Assembly (NCBI GenBank): GCA_032718475.1
Contig: JAUCBJ010000916.1
Coordinates: forward strand, 154,784-218,783
From: Nemertoderma westbladi
Lineage: Eukaryota; Animalia; Xenacoelomorpha
Length of the DNA: 64,000 nt
Direction of reading: 5' to 3'
The notes under the pieces are model-generated. The model was not told where the DNA came from, ran no database searches, and saw nothing but the letters and a program-made list of their open reading frames with translations. Both the position numbers and the translations under genes were made by a program. This document shows, in pieces, positions 57,243-64,000 of this stretch (position 1 is the stretch's first letter; each line of letters opens with the position of its first letter).

Positions 57243-58325
57243 AGAAAGTATGAAAATTAAATATTAAGATAATTGAATATCTTAACGAAAACGCCTCTTA
57301 AAAAACTAATAACAAAACACTACTACTAGTATTATTCAACTGCAAACTGCAGGGCCCATGTGAAGAATACCAGACTTTCTGCCGTTATATTTCACTTTGC
57401 AGTTACCCCCATGTGAAGAATACCAGGTTTTCACCAAAAACACAGGTTACAGAAGGGCTGAATCTAACCAAAACAATAAACGAATTAGTACATGTACAGG
57501 TTTTAAGACAGAAATAAGCGCTGTGAAACACTTAATAAAGATACATTAAAAAAAATAAAAAATCTTCATATATAAATTTCCAATAAAAAGTCGACCGAAA
57601 AGTGAAATCCTGGTATTATTCACATGGGCGAACTGCAGAACTGTAATATAGTATTCTCAGCTGGAAATACATTTCTATAAAAATCAATATAATACCACTG
57701 TACTGCAGCGCTGTACTGCCAGACTGCAGTGATAACCTGGGATAGTGTGCTGAGCAGTGAGAGACATGTTTAACTTCAGGTGTGTCTCCTGTTCTTACAC
57801 TGCTACCAACAGAAACAGCATGTATTCTGATAGGGTGTTGTCTTAGCAACGATAGGCTGGGCTGAGCTGAGGTGAGGTATGCTAGTGTTTGCTCTAATAC
57901 ACACAACCACCACAAAGGAATGGGGAAATCAGTCAGCCACTGTGAAACCAATAATAATTACCTCTGCCAATTGACTAAGGAGGATATTAGGTTCATAGAA
58001 GATTAACGTTTAATGGCACAAATATGTATTACTGTACATACCACATGTCCAAGGAAGATCGAACAATATGCTTGACCATAGGTCGTGTAAAGGTCATTTG
58101 GCCTGGGCAATAACTCTACAGTATTCATTTATATAATCTTTGTTCGTTTGTTGAAATATAAACAAAAAACGTTAATCCCAAATCCCAGATCCCAAAGGAC
58201 GCGTTGTTCAACTGAGACCCGTCAGCGGAAACAGCCAGAGCCGCTAGTCGGTGGGGTTGACTTGTTGAGGAGAGGCGTAATGAGATTCGCATTGCTTATC
58301 TTCTTCAGAGAACCAATAATGGCAG

Positions 58326-58695
58326 ATCCCAAATTCCTTATTCCCAAATCCCAAATACCTTAATTCCAAATCCCAAATACCTTAATCCCAAATCCCAAAT
58401 ACCTTATTCCCAAATCCCAAATACCGTATTCCCAAATCCCAAATACCTTAATCCCAAATACCTTATTCCCAAATCCCAAATACCTTATTCCCAAATCCCA
58501 AATACCTTATTCCCAAATCCCAAATACCTTATTCCCAAATCCCAAATACCTTATTCCCAAATCCCAAATACCTTATTCCCAAATCCCAAACACCTTATTC
58601 CCAAATCCCAAATACCTTATTCCAAATACCTTATTCCCAAATCCCAAATTCCTTATTCCCAAATTCCTTATTACCAAAATCCAAATCCCAAATTC
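58326..58695. repeat. C-rich subterminal array, right arm of the KDZ element
   Basis: Mainly 22-bp CCCAAATCCCAAATACCTTATT units, the inverse of 54749-55160. An isolated copy sits near 58173-58195. Confidence 0.95.
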
Positions 58696-60246
58696 ACAAT
58701 TTCTGGGATTTGCGTCCAGTTTCCCCTGGAGAGATATTTTTATGTGTGTGTCCAGTTTCCCCCCCTATCTGACCCGCCCTTCATGCATGGCCTGACCATG
58801 CCCCATGCGGGAATCGTACCTACGAGTCTACGACCTCCAGGGAGATGTGATGATGTGAATTCAACTTCAACATGTTCAAAGCAACGGTTTTGACCACTAG
58901 GCCAACCTACTGACCTACGCCAATGTGGAACCCATGAACCCATCATAGCTTTACCGAGTAAAGTCTGATAATATTATACCGCAGTGTTTTAGGCAGTTGA
59001 GCGTGCAGTGGTGTGTTGACGGCCTCAACTCTAAACTCTAGCCTAATTAAAAATGCCATGGTCTGTAGCTTCCTGATATGTAGGCATACTCCTGTAACTA
59101 TTATTGCATTTTGTTATTACTACCGTAAAAAGTATATATTGATATTGATATACTTTTTACCTTTAACTGTGAATATCTTTTGAAGTTTTTATCCAACAGA
59201 GATGGTATAAAAATAAAATTTGTTAGTCCTGTATTCAGGATGTACAGATGCAGGCTAAGTACTACACCAGTATTTTTTGATTTGTGTATTTTTTTTAAAC
59301 TGCTGTAAGTCACCCCACAGAATAGAGGGACTTGATGTACGAGCAAATTTCCATCAATAACGGTACTCCTTGAATAAGTTTGGATTATGTTGTAGGCTGT
59401 GGGGGTGGCTTAATACATCTGGGAGGTTTTAATATAAGAACGAAATCCCCATCTACCGGAGACCTAAAATTATAGCAAAGATTACATACCTATTGTTAAT
59501 AGGCTAATAATACCACACCGGGTTCATATTGATTGTTAATCAATAACCTAGGCCTATGTATCAAGTCACCCCATTTTTTGAGACACCCTTTCAAAAACTG
59601 GCGATGCACCAATTCATTTGAAAGTTTATGAATTTTTTTTATAAACATTATATTCAAACTCATCTTCTGTCATCTGCAAAAAATGTATCAATATACATTA
59701 TGAGCGATACTGTATCAGCATGTTTGATCCAGCACACCCAACGCCCACACCCCCCCCCCCCCCCCCTTCCATGATTGGGATTGGAACCTAATAAAGGGCG
59801 TTAAGGCCCAAGACAAAGTACAAAGTTGTCTTTATTGCCACACCATCACATTTAAAATAAGCCCCATTGTGAACCAGCCGCCTGCCAGTACAGTGCACCA
59901 CCCGGGCGTAGCCCACCAGGCGTGGGCGCACAAACACGAAAGAACAACATGGAAATTATTAATCAGAATTATAAATATCATATTATCTGGTAGTCAAACG
60001 AAACCGAATTTTGTTAATCAATGTCATTGGGATGGAGCACTTTTTGTAAAGTTTGAACTTAAGTTTATTGCAGCCAACATGGATTGTCCCTATGCCGCTT
60101 ATGGGCCAATGACAATAATGTGGGAAAATTTAATATTTGTTTTTTTTGTGTATAATAAACTAAACTAAGACCTGATACACGATATATACTCACCACCACT
60201 TGTTTCTCATAATTTTATTCACATTTAAGTGTCCTCCTTTATTTAG

Positions 60247-60402
60247 TCTGAAAAACACGGAAGTTGGTTCAATGATCGAAGATATTCTCTGCGACGATTT
60301 GCCCAACAATGTAGCCCATCGGGGGTCCTCGTTGCGTGGGTCTAGGAATGCATCCCACGCAATCAATGCAGTTCCAGAACGCCCAGATTCAGCAAAGAGG
60401 AG
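60247..60402 (+). CDS. CFAP418: CFAP418/C8orf37 coding exon 2
   Basis: Acceptor TTTAG|T. Reads (S)LKNTEVGSMIEDILCDDLPNNVAHRG...PDSAKR(R), where 'SMIEDIL' corresponds to 'SLINEIL'. Phase 2 at both ends, compatible with exons 1 and 3. Donor AG|GTTATT. Confidence 0.85.
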
Positions 60403-60810
60403 GTTATTATTAATATTATTATATTCTTTAAACCATGCGGGCAGGGTTACACATCGGTATTAAAATAGTTACAGATTTTACAAAACTTACTGCCAGAATC
60501 GTTAAGTTACTTTCATTTCGTGTATCGGAGGTATGAAAACCTAGCGAGGGTATGACGTCACGTACACGTAAGGGTGTGTGAGTTTAAATAAAACAACCCC
60601 CCCCCCCCCCCCCCCCCCCTTCCCAAGGGTGAAGTGCAGGATGATTTCGGGTGCCCGAGGACATTTAATTACCCCTTTTTGTAATTTTATTCTTATTATG
60701 AATAATTGATAAATTAATGTGGGTTGTTTTAGAATACAAATTCCATTTGGCCAAGGCCACTGGTACTAACTTCCCCCACATCGGTACTATAGTTCCCCCT
60801 CTCCCTGTAG

Positions 60811-61126
60811 ATGTTACCCCCCTCTCCTCGGCTCCTCTGCAACCCAACTTGGTGTCTCCAGCTCCATCCACCGCACCGTCTGCGACAGACTACGCTGCAC
60901 CTCGTGCGACTTCCCCGTATCTTCCTTCCCAGGCTACAGCTGGTCTCCCCAAACGGACTACCTATTCCTGCGTAACAACGCCCCAGACGTAAACAAACTG
61001 CGGGCTATGTTGGTTACCGAGACGGGATGCCGGGCGTACTGCTGCCAGTGTAGTTACCATAGCGAGCGAGACTTATTAGAAGTTACGCGGATTAGCGCCT
61101 TAAAATGGGTTTGTGGTAAACATTAA
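60811..61126 (+). CDS. CFAP418: CFAP418/C8orf37 coding exon 3 (conserved C-terminal Cys-rich domain, stop codon)
   Basis: Acceptor CTCCCTGTAG|A. Reads CYPPLLGSS...CDRLRCTSCDFPVSSFPGYSWSPQTDYLFLRNNAPDVNKLRAML...GCRAYCCQCSY...LKWVCGKH*. The spliced CDS is 158+156+316=630 nt, or 209 aa. Confidence 0.95.
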
Positions 61127-61720
61127 ATTATTAGTAATTAGGTGGTTGTTTAATTTAATAATAATAGTTAATATTTGAACGTTTAGTACTATAATCTAAT
61201 CTAATGCAATGTTTGCGAAGGTGTTAGTTGGCCATCCTATTATACTTCACTCGGTATTTATTAACTGCACCACGCATCACACGCGACACCAGCTACTTTA
61301 CTATCACCGTGTATGCCTAGTCAGAATTATTATTATCATTATTATTATTAACAGAAGCTTCTAGCGTGTGGTGCCGGTGACATTTTGAAATTGTGCGCAA
61401 TTGAAAAGTGTCGTGAGTTTAACGGACACTAAATCCGTTGTTTTTATAGGAATTATTTGATTGTGACTTCCTATTATCTGCATCCTAGTGCCCTTATTCC
61501 AATATATACTTACCAGTTACCAACTAGACTCATTGATCACTTTCTTTCTCCATTTATTTATTTTGCCGACGTGTAATTTGTATATTATTTTTAACCATTG
61601 TTAATAATATTTTCTACGATGTATTTATATATGTCGACGCTTACCTGTATATATATGTGCGATGGTTGATATATTCATTATTTCGTTCGTTAGTTACTTT
61701 TGCAATACACATATTTTGTA

Positions 61721-61735
61721 AATAAAAACAATAAA
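61721..61735 (+). promoter_or_regulatory. Candidate polyadenylation signals for CFAP418
   Basis: Two AATAAA hexamers (61721 and 61730) about 600 bp after the stop, following a T-rich UTR-like stretch. Confidence 0.45.
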
Positions 61736-62749
61736 CAATGTTAACAATTCGAAGGCTAATTTATTTCTGAGCTGGACAGATTGGGGGGAGGGACACAATT
61801 CAAATTAATCCCTCGCTAGGGGAGAATTGACGGAAATAACAGCTGATTACTCCCAAAAATAAGAATGTGCGGGAAAAAATTGCTTTTCAGTTTAAATTGA
61901 GTTTGTCGCGAAATTAAAATTCAAAATAAAATTAAATTGCGCGTTAAACACCAGAGCCAACACTCGCGTTTGGGAAGAATAAAATTAAACTGTAACCTGG
62001 ACTCCTGACACGTTTATTGTTTTGGTTACATTTTCAATAGCCACTACTGTAAGACTTAAATATTCAAGATGTGAGGGGTGATTTGGGTGCAATCAAAATG
62101 CAACCCTTTGATTTTGATTAGTCTTAATCACACTAACGTATTATTATCCATTAAGTAATGATATTAATTAACAATTCAGTTTCAGAGTGAAGTTATCTTA
62201 CGAAATTTTACCCATGAACCTATGATATGATCTTGAAAGCTACATTCAGTGCATTATCCAGCTAACTATGTAGAATGCTGGTTTCATGGTCGTACGTTCC
62301 CAGCCGATACGTCAGACCCATCCAGATGCATTGTCTAAAATCTACCCCAATATGGTATCTTTTTCAGAAGGCCGGGTCGTGTCTTATAATTTTGCCATTT
62401 TTTTTATTATAGAAGTCGTTTTATTAATTTTCACTAAAAATATACATTCAGATAATAAGCAATCCTGTGTGACCGACCAAAGCGAACATTCAAACCAAGA
62501 TAATAGGAGCAAAATATAAATAAGATAGATAGATAACATTAAAGATTAATGATGATGTATTCAATAATAATTTATACACCAACTTGTAATAATTATAATA
62601 ATTTCAAATAAATACATAATATAATAATTATAACAATTATGAGTTTTTTCTTCCATAATTCCGTATATGAATTGTACTCGTTCGTACGTTGGTAAATATT
62701 TGTTTTGGTTTCTTCTCTATTTGGGCGCGGTGTATAATATACTTGTCTT

Positions 62750-62812
62750 CTACTTTGACGGTGGACTCATCTGATATATCACAGTGAAATAGGTGAAGAA
62801 AACACCTGCCAA
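62750..62812 (-). CDS. Gustatory-receptor-like (GRL, 7TM ion channel family) gene, last coding exon
   Basis: Acceptor TTTTTTTCAG|. Reads LAGVFFTYFTVIYQMSPPSK*, containing the TYhhhhhQ(F) TM7 signature of the GR/GRL superfamily. Phase 0. Confidence 0.85.
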   Translation of the reverse strand: MAGVFFTYFTVIYQMSPPSK

Positions 62813-62897
62813 CTGAAAAAAATTTCATTATGCTTACAAAAATTGGCAACATCCACTCAGTTAGAGCTTACTTCTACTCTGTAGTCTACTTACTTAC

Positions 62898-63056
62898 AGT
62901 CAGCAATAATGGTCGAGTTATGAGGAACAAGCCGCAACAAGTGAACCCAATATTTTTTTGGTTCACTCGATTGAGCAAGGTGATGAGTTGTAGAAGTTTT
63001 GTATCTGTTGCCTTACACATTCGTGTCTTGTACAAAACATCCAAAGGTCGTTGAGA
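62898..63056 (-). CDS. GRL gene, penultimate exon
   Basis: Acceptor GTTTTTAG|, donor |GTAAGT, 53 codons, phase 0 at both ends. Reads SQRPLDVLYKTRMCKATDTKLLQLITLLNRVNQKNIGFTCCGLFLITRPLLLT, the typical 'IGFT..GLF.ITR..LLT' segment. Confidence 0.87.
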
Positions 63057-63211
63057 CTAAAAACACAAACAAATTATAATTTAAGGGTGTTGTATGGTAG
63101 GGTAGAACTTCATTTAATGTATTGGTTCCCAAAACCGGCCTCTGCAACCTGCTCCCAACCCAACACTCCATGACCCGTAACACACTCTTATCATATTTTA
63201 AATCTGCTCAC

Positions 63212-63449
63212 CTCGTCATGTAAATTTGCTGAAACAACCGAAGTAATAACTATCGTTGCCACCATAGAAACCATCCACTCTGCTATCATAATTCCCAAAA
63301 AACCATTTTCAGTGAATAACTTATTTCCTTTAGAAATAATGAAGTACAGTTGAAAGCAGAGATTCATTCCAGTTGTGACGTATAGAGTAACCAGGGGTAG
63401 GGAAAAAACACTGTCGGCAACTTTTACGATTTCTGTTACATATTCGTAC
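63212..63449 (-). CDS. GRL gene, third-last exon (TM5-TM6 region); upstream exons not found in the window
   Basis: Acceptor CAATAG|G, donor GAG|GTGAG. Reads YEYVTEIVKVADSVFSLPLVTLYVTTGMNLCFQLYFIISKGNKLFTENGFLGIMIAEWMVSMVATIVITSVVSANLHDE: two hydrophobic helices and the GRL-like 'V...D..FS..L...Y' pattern. Confidence 0.83.
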
Positions 63450-64000
63450 CTATTGTGGAATAAAAACGTTATTACTCTACACCATGTCCTGGAATATTAT
63501 TCAGGTACCTGCCCCCCCCCCCCCCCCAAAATTTTTCTACAAATCTTAATGAGATTGCATGAAATCTGAAACAGAAATAGTTTCACCTCCCTCCTCTGGC
63601 TGGGTGAGCCATAATTTTTATTTTCGCTTTCATTCTTTAGCTACAAGCGTTTGAAAAAGGTGTATCCGTCTATATTGCACCAGTTGCACCACTGTGGTGT
63701 TCTGTGTTGTATGGTGGAATTGTGTGGTGGAATGGATGGCTCGCCCCTCAGGAGGAGGGTCGGGCAGAGCGGAGGTAGGCCCAGGGGAGAGTTGGGGATT
63801 GGAGGGATAGTGGACCTGTGTACCGGTAGGGGAGATTATAGGTTTCAGGGTTTGGGTGATTTATCTTGTGGATATTGAAGAGATTAAATAGAAGGATTGT
63901 TTATTGACAGACTTCCGCCATTTTCCCACAAGCTATCACCGCAAAATGTCAGATTCAGACAACGAAGGAAATTTTGCTGGAAACGGAGTAGTGTCCGGTA

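Larger units (their letters stand above)
54716..58771 (-). mobile_element. KDZ-superfamily (Kyakuja/Dileera/Zisupton) DNA transposon, 4056 bp, in CFAP418 intron 1
   Basis: 22-bp TIRs GAGACAGGGGGGGAAACTGGAC and GTCCAGTTTCCCCCCCTATCTG (2 mismatches). Perfect 8-bp TSD ACCCGCCC at 54708-54715 and 58772-58779. Inverted subterminal arrays and an internal KDZ transposase ORF. Confidence 0.88.

Noticed and set aside
57616-57951. 111-aa minus-strand ORF upstream of the KDZ ORF as a possible 5' exon
   Set aside because: No recognisable motif, and no convincing splice pair linking it to the transposase frame.
60717-60992. 91-aa Pro/Ser-rich ORF, plus ORFs 62637-62852 and 62830-63054
   Set aside because: Wrong-frame or antisense shadows of CFAP418 exon 3 and the GRL exons.
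63946-64000. ATG-initiated frame MSDSDNEGNFAGNGVVSG at the window edge
   Set aside because: Too short to assign. It may be the start of an element inside the GRL intron, but this cannot be supported here.

Overview
Eukaryotic, most likely invertebrate-animal, genomic DNA (spliceosomal introns, animal-type genes). About three quarters of the window is a 51-bp satellite (1-3249, 5146-5480, 9062-52543). Its long + strand ORFs are artefacts of a stop-free 17-codon monomer. The satellite is interrupted by a 1.9-kb non-autonomous IS3EU-like TIR transposon (TACGG...CCGTA ends, 6-bp TSD TATTAC, inverted 20-bp subterminal arrays, decayed zinc-ribbon ORF). It is also interrupted by a 3.6-kb block holding a 22-bp minisatellite and the 3' end of a LINE. 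The unique region after the satellite holds a complete 3-exon CFAP418/C8orf37 ciliary gene (+). Its intron 1 carries a 4.06-kb KDZ (Kyakuja-like, CxC5-CxC6-KDZ) transposon with TIRs, an 8-bp TSD, G-rich inverted subterminal arrays and an internal 84-bp minisatellite. Convergent with it are the last three exons of a gustatory-receptor-like (GRL, 7TM ion channel) gene (-). The ORF track shows neither spliced gene in recognisable form. All family assignments come from motif recognition by eye, not from database searches.
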